A stretch of 64,000 nucleotides of DNA from Bacteroidia bacterium (GTDB lineage Bacteria > Bacteroidota > Bacteroidia > SXHM01). Position numbers and translations under genes: made by a program. The notes below the pieces were generated by a model. The model was not told the origin of the DNA and ran no database searches. It saw only the letters and a list, made by a program, of their open reading frames with translations. Each line of letters opens with the position of its first letter. Within the stretch, counting starts at the first letter, position 1. Of this stretch, positions 1-8,040 are shown piece by piece. The stretch is from assembly GCA_050186075.1 (NCBI GenBank), contig JBFWYU010000013.1, positions 6,185 through 70,184 of the forward strand, written 5' to 3'.

Positions 1-26
1 TTTTAGCTACAGGCGGTGTTACCTAT

Positions 27-2312
27 TTGTGGAATCCTTCAACAGGTTTAAGTGATACTACTATTGCTAATCCTATTGCAACGCCTGCAGGAACTACCAC
101 TTATGTAGTGATTGTTTCTGACCAGATCGGTTGTTCTTCTTCCGATACTGTTACCGTAACAATCAACCCGCTTCCGCCTGCCGATGCAGGACAGGATGTA
201 GCTATTTGTGCAGGCGATACTGCACAACTGCTTGCCAGCGGAGGTGTATTCTATACATGGACACCTTCAACCGGTTTGAGCAATGACAGTATTGCAAACC
301 CCGAAGCAAATCCAACGAATACAACAACGTATTCGGTATTGGTGCAGGGGCCAAGCGGACAACAGGTTGTAAATCCTGATTTCAGCGGAGGTGATACCGG
401 TTTCTCTTCAGGTTATACGTATGGTGCTACCACACCAAATTCGGGCCTATACACTGTTACTAACGATGCCTCATTGGCTGACCCTTCTTTCACAGGATTA
501 GGACATGGTGGCAGCGGTGACTTCATGGTGGTGAATGCCAATATGACTTACGGAACAGATGTTTGGTGTCAGACCTTTGATGTTGCACCGAACAACGATT
601 ATTATTTCTCGGCATGGTTAAGCACACTTGTTCTTGATGACCCTGCATTGCTGCAATTAACCGTAAACGGAACACCTGTTGGTTCACCATTTACAACTCC
701 ACCTTTTGGTGTAGCAACATGGAGCGAGTTCTGGCATATCTGGAATTCAGGCAACAATACATCCATCACACTTTGTATTGAAAACATAACCACTACCACA
801 GGCCCAACAGCATTTGGATTAGACGATGTTACATTCGCACCTTTCTGCGAAAACACAGCGCAGGTAACAGTTACAGTAAATCCGCTTCCTGTTGTGGATG
901 CAGGTCAGGATATTTCAATTTGTATTGGTGAAGACGCACAATTAGAAGCAAGCGGTGGCGATATCTACAGCTGGACACCTGCTGCAACATTAAACGATGA
1001 CAGCATTGCTAACCCTGTTGCAACGCCAATTAACACTACTACTTATAATGTACACGTAGTAACCAACGCAGGTTGCGAGGGTGATGGCGATGTGGTGGTA
1101 ACCGTAAATCCTTTGCCAACAGCTTTTGCAGGTGTTGATGCAGAGTTTTGCGCAGGTAATTCTGTTCAGTTGAATGCTACCGGAGGTGCAACGTATTCAT
1201 GGTCGCCTTCAACAGGCCTGAGTGCTGATGATATTGCCAACCCGGTTGCAGGTCCGTCACAAACTACAACCTATATTGTAACCGTTGGTGACCAAAACCA
1301 ATGTCAGGATACAGATACCTTAACCGTAACGGTTAATCAACTTCCGGTGGCCGATGCAGGTGATGATTTACCACTTTGTTTGGGCGACACAGTTCAACTG
1401 AATGCAACGGGTGGCGTTTCTTATGTATGGGATCCCGGAACAGGTTTGAGCAATACCAATATTGCTGACCCACTGGCATTCCCGATACAGCCGATTACGT
1501 ATACTGTTACCGTAACCGATGCAAACGGTTGTGAAGATACCGATGATATTGCCATCAGTATTTTCTCTATTACAGCAACGCCTAACGATGCCATCTGTAA
1601 TGGCGAAAGTCTGCAGCTGTCTGTTTCAGGCGGAACAAGCTTTGTGTGGACACCGACTGACGGATTGGATAATCCGAACATCGGAAATCCGCTGGCTTCG
1701 CCTGACGAAACTACAACCTATACTGTTGTTGCAACGGATGCAAACGGTTGCGAAGCAACAGCACAATTAACGGTGGAGGTATTGGCTGCGCCAACTGCAG
1801 GTTTCACTGCACACTATATTCCTTCGTGTGAAGGCATTGTAGGACAATTTACCAACGGCAGCACAGGAGCGGAAACCTTCCTGTGGGTATTTGCAAACGG
1901 TGATACTTCAACGTTGGAAAACCCTGAACAAAACTTCAATGTTGGTCCCGGAACCATAGTAACCCTGATTGTTTACAACGGTGAAGGTTGTGTGGATACT
2001 GCCGTTGTTGATTTCAGTGCAACCAATTATTCCAACATAGAATTTGATTTGCTGGTGCCAAACATCATCACGCCAAATGCTGACGGATTGAACGATTGTT
2101 TTCAGCCTGGTTTTGAAGGTGAGTTCAACGAATGTTTTACCTTGAAAATATTCAACCGCTGGGGTGCTTTAATCTTTGAATCAATTGCGCAGGGCGATTG
2201 CTGGGATGGAAGAACAAAAGCCGGAAATCCGGTTGACTCAGGAACGTATTTCTACCTGTTGGAAATTAACGGAATTGAGAAAGCAGGGTTTATGACCGTG
2301 GCACACGATTAA
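27..2312 (+). CDS. 3'-portion of a large secreted repeat adhesin with a T9SS type-B (gliding-motility-associated) C-terminal sorting domain; the 5' end lies outside the window
   Basis: The ORF is open from the window edge. It contains at least six ~85-aa repeats of the pattern NPLPxADAGQD..C.G..xL.A.GG..YxWxP..GL....ANPxA.P..TTTY.V.V....GC...D.V.V.VN. The C-terminus (IITPNADGLNDCF...FNRWGALIFES...CWDGR...GTYFY) matches the type-B T9SS CTD pattern. A rho-independent terminator follows. Confidence 0.8.
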   Translation: MWNPSTGLSDTTIANPIATPAGTTTYVVIVSDQIGCSSSDTVTVTINPLPPADAGQDVAICAGDTAQLLASGGVFYTWTPSTGLSNDSIANPEANPTNTTTYSVLVQGPSGQQVVNPDFSGGDTGFSSGYTYGATTPNSGLYTVTNDASLADPSFTGLGHGGSGDFMVVNANMTYGTDVWCQTFDVAPNNDYYFSAWLSTLVLDDPALLQLTVNGTPVGSPFTTPPFGVATWSEFWHIWNSGNNTSITLCIENITTTTGPTAFGLDDVTFAPFCENTAQVTVTVNPLPVVDAGQDISICIGEDAQLEASGGDIYSWTPAATLNDDSIANPVATPINTTTYNVHVVTNAGCEGDGDVVVTVNPLPTAFAGVDAEFCAGNSVQLNATGGATYSWSPSTGLSADDIANPVAGPSQTTTYIVTVGDQNQCQDTDTLTVTVNQLPVADAGDDLPLCLGDTVQLNATGGVSYVWDPGTGLSNTNIADPLAFPIQPITYTVTVTDANGCEDTDDIAISIFSITATPNDAICNGESLQLSVSGGTSFVWTPTDGLDNPNIGNPLASPDETTTYTVVATDANGCEATAQLTVEVLAAPTAGFTAHYIPSCEGIVGQFTNGSTGAETFLWVFANGDTSTLENPEQNFNVGPGTIVTLIVYNGEGCVDTAVVDFSATNYSNIEFDLLVPNIITPNADGLNDCFQPGFEGEFNECFTLKIFNRWGALIFESIAQGDCWDGRTKAGNPVDSGTYFYLLEINGIEKAGFMTVAHD

Positions 2313-2334
2313 GCAGCACATAAATAGCTGAAAT

Positions 2335-2369
2335 TAAAAAGCCCCTCGCCTTAGGCGAGGGGCTTTTTA
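2335..2369 (+). terminator. Rho-independent terminator (GC hairpin gcccctcgcc-ttag-gcgaggggc followed by a T-tract) after the adhesin gene
   Basis: A perfect 9-10 bp GC-rich stem is flanked by an A-run upstream and a T-run downstream, starting 23 nt after the stop codon. Confidence 0.75.
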
Positions 2370-2439
2370 ATTTGCCAAAATGTCAGATTTTATCAAATCA
2401 CCCTGTTTCTTATAACTCACTCATTATTACCGTGATTAA

Positions 2440-2735
2440 CCTCGCTTCAACTTGCGCAATCTCCGCTTCACATCGTGACAAAGCCCGCTTCACCTAAAAA
2501 ACACCTCGCTTCAGGTCACGCACACCTCGCTTCAGGTCACGCACACCTCGCTTCAAGTCACGCACACCTCGCTTCAGGTCACGCAAACCTCGCTTCAAGT
2601 CGTGCACACCTCGCTTCAAGTGATGCAAACCTCTCTTCAAGTGATGCAAACCTCTCTTCAAGTCGCGCAAACCTCTCTTCAAGTCATGCAATCCTCATTT
2701 CAACTCTCGCAATCCTCCCTTCACCTGCCGCAATG
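2440..2735. repeat. Tandem array A: ~14 head-to-tail copies of a 21-bp unit (consensus cacctcgcttcaggtcacgca), degenerating at both ends
   Basis: The 21-nt periodicity is directly visible. The central copies are near-identical, with only g/a and c/t substitutions. There are no interspersed unique spacers. Confidence 0.85.
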
Positions 2736-2744
2736 ACATGCGTT

Positions 2745-2935
2745 CCGCAAGAAACAGTCATCGTTTCTCATGCAACGATATGCGTTTCGCTTGCAACGAC
2801 CATCGCAACTTGTGCATTAATATACGTTCCCAAAGAAATGATATGCGTTCCGCCTGCAACACTCATCGCACCCCCTGCATTAATATGCGTTCCCTATGAA
2901 ATGGTATGCGTTCCGCCTGAAACGCTCATTACTCC
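2745..2935. repeat. Tandem array B: ~9 degenerate copies of a second ~21-bp unit (atgcgttccgcctgcaac...), immediately downstream of array A
   Basis: The motifs atgcgttccgc, atatgcgtt and tgcaacg recur at a 20-22 nt period. This unit family is distinct from array A. Confidence 0.6.
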
Positions 2936-3007
2936 TTAAGCAGTGCTATGCGTTTCGCTCGCATGATATCCCTTTCCCCGCAACACGCATTCCAATTGGA
3001 TTGGGGC

Positions 3008-3085
3008 GTGTAAAAGTTACAGCGTGAGATTCAAAATGATTCTTGCTGTGTAAAAGTTATAGCGTGAGATTCAAATTGATTCTTG
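3008..3085. repeat. Direct duplication of a 38-nt unit (gtgtaaaagttaCagcgtgagattcaaaAtgattcttg), two copies separated by 2 nt
   Basis: The two copies differ at 2 positions. They lie between the 21-bp arrays and the predicted HNH promoter. Confidence 0.8.
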
Positions 3086-3095
3086 GGGTGGTAAA

Positions 3096-3124
3096 TTGGC
3101 AAGTGCATGTTTTTTTATATTTGG
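3096..3124 (+). promoter_or_regulatory. Putative Bacteroidota sigma-A-type promoter for the HNH gene (-33 TTG ... -7 TAtaTTTG)
   Basis: tatatttg at ~3116-3123 matches the Bacteroidota -7 consensus TAnnTTTG. A TTG lies ~17 nt upstream, and the motif is ~50 nt ahead of the ATG at 3175. Confidence 0.35.
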
Positions 3125-3174
3125 TGCGGAATAATAAATGTTAGTGGTAGACATATTGAGACACTCTGCAAGAA

Positions 3175-3861
3175 ATGAAATTTGAATTAGACACTTATAA
3201 TCGGAATACTCCAGACCAAGACCTGCTTGATGACTTGACAAGAGTTGCCCAAGAAATTGGTAAGAACAAAGTGACTATTGACGAATATAACGAAAGGGGA
3301 AAATTTCACAGCACAACATTGACAAGAAGATTTGGTAATTGGTTTAAGTCGCTTGAAAAAGCAGGACTTGAAAGAACAAGAAACCTAAATATTCCAGACG
3401 AAGAACTCTTTGAAAATATTGAAACTGTTTGGCTAAGACTTGGAAGACAGCCACGTTATCAAGAAATGACAAAGCCTCTTTCAAAATTTAGTTCTGGGAC
3501 TTATGAAAAACGTTATGGAAGTTGGAGACAAGCATTAGAAAGATTTGTAGAGTTTATTAATTCAGAAGAAATTGAAACGGAAAAATCTTTAGTAACAAAA
3601 ACCGAAGTTGCTCCTAAGCACAAAACAAAAAGAGACATTAATTGGCGACTTAGGTTTCTTGTTATGAGAAAGGACAATTTTAAATGTGTTGCTTGTGGAC
3701 GAAATCCAGCAACTGACCCTGAAATTATTTTGCACGTTGACCACATATTAGCTTGGGACAAAGGAGGAGAAACAGTTTACGAAAATTTGCAGACACTTTG
3801 TTCAGTTTGCAATATTGGAAAAAGCAATCTGGACTTTATAGCAGATGAAAATTTCAACTGA
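3175..3861 (+). CDS. HNH endonuclease with two N-terminal homing-endonuclease-associated repeats
   Basis: The C-terminus carries a canonical HNH core (CVACG...HVDHILAWDKGGE...NLQTLCSVCN). The N-terminal half has two copies of the F/Y-G-(N/S)-W...AL/SLE..GL motif typical of HNH-associated repeats. The gene is visibly more AT-rich than its neighbours. Confidence 0.8.
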   Translation: MKFELDTYNRNTPDQDLLDDLTRVAQEIGKNKVTIDEYNERGKFHSTTLTRRFGNWFKSLEKAGLERTRNLNIPDEELFENIETVWLRLGRQPRYQEMTKPLSKFSSGTYEKRYGSWRQALERFVEFINSEEIETEKSLVTKTEVAPKHKTKRDINWRLRFLVMRKDNFKCVACGRNPATDPEIILHVDHILAWDKGGETVYENLQTLCSVCNIGKSNLDFIADENFN

Positions 3862-3892
3862 ATGTACATTGCGGTTGCCGTTAAGTTGCTCT

Positions 3893-4723
3893 TCAACCCA
3901 ATGCCAACCTTTCCCTCAAATACTCCCCCACCTTTTCACTAATCAGCTGATGCCCCGTATTCAGCAGCACAAAAACATTCTTATCGGTTAGCTTTTCAAT
4001 AAAACGCTCACCGTATTTAGGATGAATAACACGGTCGTGTTTGCCAAATACAAGCATAAAGCGGAAGGTGTTCTTATTAATCAGCGCGGCAATTTTATCT
4101 AAATCAGGGTTAATGTTCTGGTAAGTGATCCAGACCTTGTAAATCTTTTCGCGCAGCTCTTTGGTGCGTATCTGCGAATACATGAAGTTGTAAATCTTAG
4201 GGTCCAGTATCTTCATGTGCTTCAGCAGCAATGCTGCTTTTGAAACGGGTAAAGGATTTTCTATAAAGCCGCGAAACAGAAGTCTTCCCGGTGAGGTAAC
4301 GGTGGAGAAACGGTAAAGGGGGTTTACTTTCAACCCGTCAGGCGAAAGCAAAATAACGTTGTTCAACCGTTCGTGAAAAAGCTCCATCAGCTTCAGTACA
4401 ATTTTACCTCCCAGGCTGAAGCCAATCAATGAGAATTTATTAATGCCATGATGCTTTGTGAAAGCATTAACCAACTCTTTAAGATCATCTTCGGTTATTG
4501 GTTCGCCATCATGCTCGCTGTTTCCGTGATGCAACACATCAAAAGCATAGATGGTGAATTTATCGCCAATGTATTTCTCAAACACCTGAAACTCCTTTCC
4601 GCTCTGCCCGAAACCGTGAAAAGCTAAAAGCGGTTCGGGACCTTTTCCAAAGGTGTAATAGGTATGTTTTGAATTACCTGTTTGTATGTAGTTGTCTTTC
4701 ACAAATGGTGAGTTTGGAACCAC
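3893..4723 (-). CDS. Alpha/beta-fold hydrolase (serine hydrolase)
   Basis: It has an HGFGQSG oxyanion-hole-like motif and a GFSLGG nucleophile elbow (GxSxG). At 276 aa it is typical for the fold. The start is GTG. Confidence 0.75.
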   Translation of the reverse strand: MVPNSPFVKDNYIQTGNSKHTYYTFGKGPEPLLAFHGFGQSGKEFQVFEKYIGDKFTIYAFDVLHHGNSEHDGEPITEDDLKELVNAFTKHHGINKFSLIGFSLGGKIVLKLMELFHERLNNVILLSPDGLKVNPLYRFSTVTSPGRLLFRGFIENPLPVSKAALLLKHMKILDPKIYNFMYSQIRTKELREKIYKVWITYQNINPDLDKIAALINKNTFRFMLVFGKHDRVIHPKYGERFIEKLTDKNVFVLLNTGHQLISEKVGEYLRERLALG

Positions 4724-4796
4724 ATAGGCACATAGAAAACATAGGCTTTTACATAGTTTCTATGTTTTTCTCTATTGTGCCCTATGTGCCTATGTG
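4721..4796. promoter_or_regulatory. 76-bp near-perfect palindrome built from four CATAG then four CTATG motifs, including the perfect inverted repeat cacataggcacatag / ctatgtgcctatgtg; it sits in the divergent hydrolase/carB control region
   Basis: The two outer 15-nt arms are exact reverse complements of each other, and the inner arms are partial. The element overlaps the GTG start of the hydrolase and lies ~175 nt upstream of carB. Confidence 0.6.
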
Positions 4797-4972
4797 GTAA
4801 AATATTAGGTAGTATTTATTAATCTTTCTCGGTGCTCTTAGTGATAAAAAAACAGTATGGAAAATGTGTTGACAAATTAAACGCTTCTTTCATCCAAAAT
4901 CCTCTAAATTCGCGAAGTTTTTTTGGTTCGTAAATCTCATCCCGATAGCTATCGGGACTAAATATCTGAATA

Positions 4973-7789
4973 ATGCCCAAAGATAATTCAATAAAATCCG
5001 TTCTCATCATAGGCAGCGGACCTATCGTAATCGGACAGGCTTGCGAATTTGACTATGCCGGTTCGCAGGCAGCACGTTCCATGAAGGAAGAAGGAATTGA
5101 AGTTTCGCTTATCAATTCCAATCCGGCAACCATCATGACCGACAAGGTAACAGCCGACCATGTTTACCTGTTGCCGTTAACGCCTGCTTCCATCAAACAA
5201 ATTCTGGAAGAGCGTAAGATTGATGCCGTGCTTCCCACTATGGGCGGACAAACTGCTTTGAATCTTGCTATCAAATGCGATGAAATGGGGCTTTGGAAAA
5301 AGCATAATGTACGCATGATTGGTGTGGATATTCAGGCCATTGAAACTACAGAAAACCGTGAGGCTTTCCGTCAACTGATGGAAAAAATAGGAGTGGGTTG
5401 TGCTCCTTCAAAAATTGCCAACTCTTTTCTGGAAGGAAAAGAGATAGCGCAATGGATAGGTTTTCCATTGGTTATCCGCCCTTCTTATACACTGGGCGGA
5501 ACGGGCGCTTCTTTTGTTCACACCCGCGAAGAATTTGATGCGGCACTTACCCGCGGATTGCATGCTTCACCAACGCACGAAGTATTGATTGATAAAGCCG
5601 TACTCGGCTGGAAAGAATATGAGTTGGAATTACTGCGCGATGCCAACGACAATGTGATTATCATTTGCTCGATTGAGAACTTTGACCCGATGGGAATTCA
5701 TACAGGCGACTCCATTACCGTTGCACCTGCTATGACCCTTTCAGACAGAACCTATCAGCGTATGCGCGATATGGCCATCAAGATGATGCGCTCCATCGGA
5801 AATTTTGCAGGCGGATGTAATGTGCAGTTTGCGGTTAGTCCCGATGAAGCCGAAGATATTATTGCCATTGAAATTAACCCGCGTGTATCGCGTTCATCAG
5901 CGCTGGCAAGTAAAGCAACCGGTTACCCGATTGCAAAAATTGCTTCAAAGCTGGCGATTGGTTATCACTTAGATGAATTGCAAAACCAGATTACCAAAAG
6001 CACATCGGCATTTTTTGAACCCACACTAGATTATGTGATTGTAAAAATTCCGCGTTGGAATTTTGACAAGTTCAAAGGTTCTGACAGAGAACTGGGCTTG
6101 CAAATGAAATCAGTGGGAGAGGTGATGGGAATAGGAAGAAATTTCCAGGAAGCATTGCAAAAAGCCTGTCAGTCGCTTGAAATTAAACGCAACGGTTTGG
6201 GTGCTGACGGCAAGGAATTGCGCAATCAGGAACAATTGGTTGAAAGTCTGAAAAGACCAAGCTGGAATCGTTTGTTTCACATCAAAGATGCCATGCAGTT
6301 GGGCATTCCGTTTAAAACCATTCAGTCGCTTACGCGCATCGATCCCTGGTTTTTGCATCAGATTGAAGAATTGGTTTTTGTTGAAAAGGAAATTTCAAAA
6401 TACACCATCGACACCATCCCTTTTGATTTACTGAAAGAGTCGAAACAGAAAGGTTATGCCGACAGACAAATTGCACATTTGTTGCGCTGCCTTGAAAGTG
6501 AGGTTTTCAATAAGCGCAGAGAAATGGGCATCAACCGCGTTTACAAATTGGTTGATACCTGCGCGGCTGAGTTTGAAGCAAGAACACCTTATTATTATTC
6601 AACGTTTGAAGACGAGAACGAATCAATCGTTTCGGATAAAAAGAAAATTGTGGTTTTGGGTTCAGGCCCCAACCGGATAGGGCAGGGGATAGAGTTTGAT
6701 TATTCCTGCGTCCACGGAGTATTGGCTGCAAAAGAATGCGGCTACGAAACCATTATGATCAACTGCAATCCCGAAACGGTTTCCACTGACTTTGATATTG
6801 CCGACAAGCTTTATTTTGAACCGGTTTTCTGGGAACATATTTACGACATCATTCTGCACGAAAAGCCCGAAGGTGTAATTGTTCAGTTAGGCGGACAAAC
6901 TGCTTTGAAACTCGCAGAGAAACTCGAGCGCTACGGAATAAAAATCATAGGCACAGATTATAAATCATTGGATTTGGCGGAAGACCGCGGAAGCTTCTCA
7001 ACCTTATTGAAAGAGAACAATATTCCGTATCCTAAATTCGGTGTTATTGAAGATGCAGAGAATGCAATCAAGCTTTCACGTGAGTTGGGCTTTCCTTTGC
7101 TGGTGCGCCCCTCTTACGTTCTGGGCGGACAAAGCATGAAGATTGTAATCAACGAACAAGAGCTGGAAGAACACGTTGTTAATTTGCTTCGTGATATTCC
7201 GGGAAATAAAGTGTTGCTCGACCATTTTCTGGAAAAAGCAATTGAAGCAGAATCCGATTCTATCTGCGATGGTAAAGATGTTTACATCATTGGAATTATG
7301 GAGCACATTGAGCCTGCCGGTATTCACAGCGGTGATTCATTTGCGGTGCTTCCGGCTTTTGACTTGAGTGAAAATGTGATGAAACAGATTGAAGACCACA
7401 CCAAGAAAATTGCGGTGGCTCTTAAAACAGTAGGACTTCTGAATATTCAGTTTGCCATAAAAGATGAGATAGTGTATGTGATTGAAGCCAATCCGCGCGC
7501 TTCACGCACGGTTCCTTTCATCGCCAAAGCGTATGACGAACCGTATGTAAACTACGCCACCAAAGTAATGCTGCGCGAAAAGAAAGTGAAAGACTTTAAA
7601 TTTAATCCGAAGCAGAAAGGCTATGCTATTAAAATTCCGGTGTTCTCGTTTGATAAATTCCCGAATGTGAATAAAGAGCTTGGCCCTGAAATGAAATCAA
7701 CTGGAGAAGCCATTCAGTTTATTGACGATTTGCACGATGAGTTTTTTCAGAAAATTTATTCTGAACGAAATCTTTACTTAAGCCGCTAA
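4973..7789 (+). CDS. carB: Carbamoyl-phosphate synthase large subunit
   Basis: The N-terminus (SVLIIGSGPIVIGQACEFDYAGSQA) and the duplicated ATP-grasp halves (second half GSGPNRIGQGIEFDYSCVH) are diagnostic of CarB. A length of 938 aa is typical for Bacteroidota. Confidence 0.95.
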   Translation: MPKDNSIKSVLIIGSGPIVIGQACEFDYAGSQAARSMKEEGIEVSLINSNPATIMTDKVTADHVYLLPLTPASIKQILEERKIDAVLPTMGGQTALNLAIKCDEMGLWKKHNVRMIGVDIQAIETTENREAFRQLMEKIGVGCAPSKIANSFLEGKEIAQWIGFPLVIRPSYTLGGTGASFVHTREEFDAALTRGLHASPTHEVLIDKAVLGWKEYELELLRDANDNVIIICSIENFDPMGIHTGDSITVAPAMTLSDRTYQRMRDMAIKMMRSIGNFAGGCNVQFAVSPDEAEDIIAIEINPRVSRSSALASKATGYPIAKIASKLAIGYHLDELQNQITKSTSAFFEPTLDYVIVKIPRWNFDKFKGSDRELGLQMKSVGEVMGIGRNFQEALQKACQSLEIKRNGLGADGKELRNQEQLVESLKRPSWNRLFHIKDAMQLGIPFKTIQSLTRIDPWFLHQIEELVFVEKEISKYTIDTIPFDLLKESKQKGYADRQIAHLLRCLESEVFNKRREMGINRVYKLVDTCAAEFEARTPYYYSTFEDENESIVSDKKKIVVLGSGPNRIGQGIEFDYSCVHGVLAAKECGYETIMINCNPETVSTDFDIADKLYFEPVFWEHIYDIILHEKPEGVIVQLGGQTALKLAEKLERYGIKIIGTDYKSLDLAEDRGSFSTLLKENNIPYPKFGVIEDAENAIKLSRELGFPLLVRPSYVLGGQSMKIVINEQELEEHVVNLLRDIPGNKVLLDHFLEKAIEAESDSICDGKDVYIIGIMEHIEPAGIHSGDSFAVLPAFDLSENVMKQIEDHTKKIAVALKTVGLLNIQFAIKDEIVYVIEANPRASRTVPFIAKAYDEPYVNYATKVMLREKKVKDFKFNPKQKGYAIKIPVFSFDKFPNVNKELGPEMKSTGEAIQFIDDLHDEFFQKIYSERNLYLSR

Positions 7790-7798
7790 CATTTCAGA

Positions 7799-8029
7799 AT
7801 GATACGCCTCATTCTTGTTCTTATTTTAATTTACGCACTTTATAACTTTGTGTTTAAAGTAATAGTGCCGCTTGCTGCGCGTTCGATGGTAAACAAAGCC
7901 CAGCGCGATATGCAGGAGCGTATGCAACAAATGCAGGACCAGCAACGTAAGCCCGAAGGAGAAATAAATGTTTCTAAAAAGAGTAAAGGCAATGACGGTG
8001 AGTATGTGGATTACGAAGAAGTGAAATAA
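7799..8029 (+). CDS. Small membrane protein (DUF4834-like), one N-terminal TM helix and a charged tail
   Basis: A hydrophobic N-terminus (LILVLILIYALYNFVF) is followed by a Q/E/K-rich tail. Its placement between carB and the next gene with small gaps suggests it is a real gene. Confidence 0.4.
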   Translation: MIRLILVLILIYALYNFVFKVIVPLAARSMVNKAQRDMQERMQQMQDQQRKPEGEINVSKKSKGNDGEYVDYEEVK

Positions 8030-8040
8030 AAATTCAAACT

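Noticed and set aside
602-1770. Small ORFs (84, 86, 83 aa) inside the adhesin gene, on both strands
   Set aside because: They are embedded in a long, repeat-structured, clearly coding + strand ORF and have no independent support.
2494-2691. 65-aa minus-strand ORF (KRGLRDLKRG...) and the 154-aa plus-strand ORF inside the tandem arrays
   Set aside because: Every frame stays open across a stop-free 21-bp unit, so these ORFs are repeat artefacts. They have no RBS or ATG start. The plus-strand ORF is retained only as a low-interest finding.
2440-2940. Possible CRISPR array
   Set aside because: The units are contiguous head-to-tail with no unique spacers, the 21-bp unit is shorter than CRISPR repeats, and no cas genes are present.
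5177-7367. Several 60-85-aa ORFs inside carB, on both strands
   Set aside because: They lie within a highly conserved housekeeping gene, so they are artefacts of the six-frame translation.
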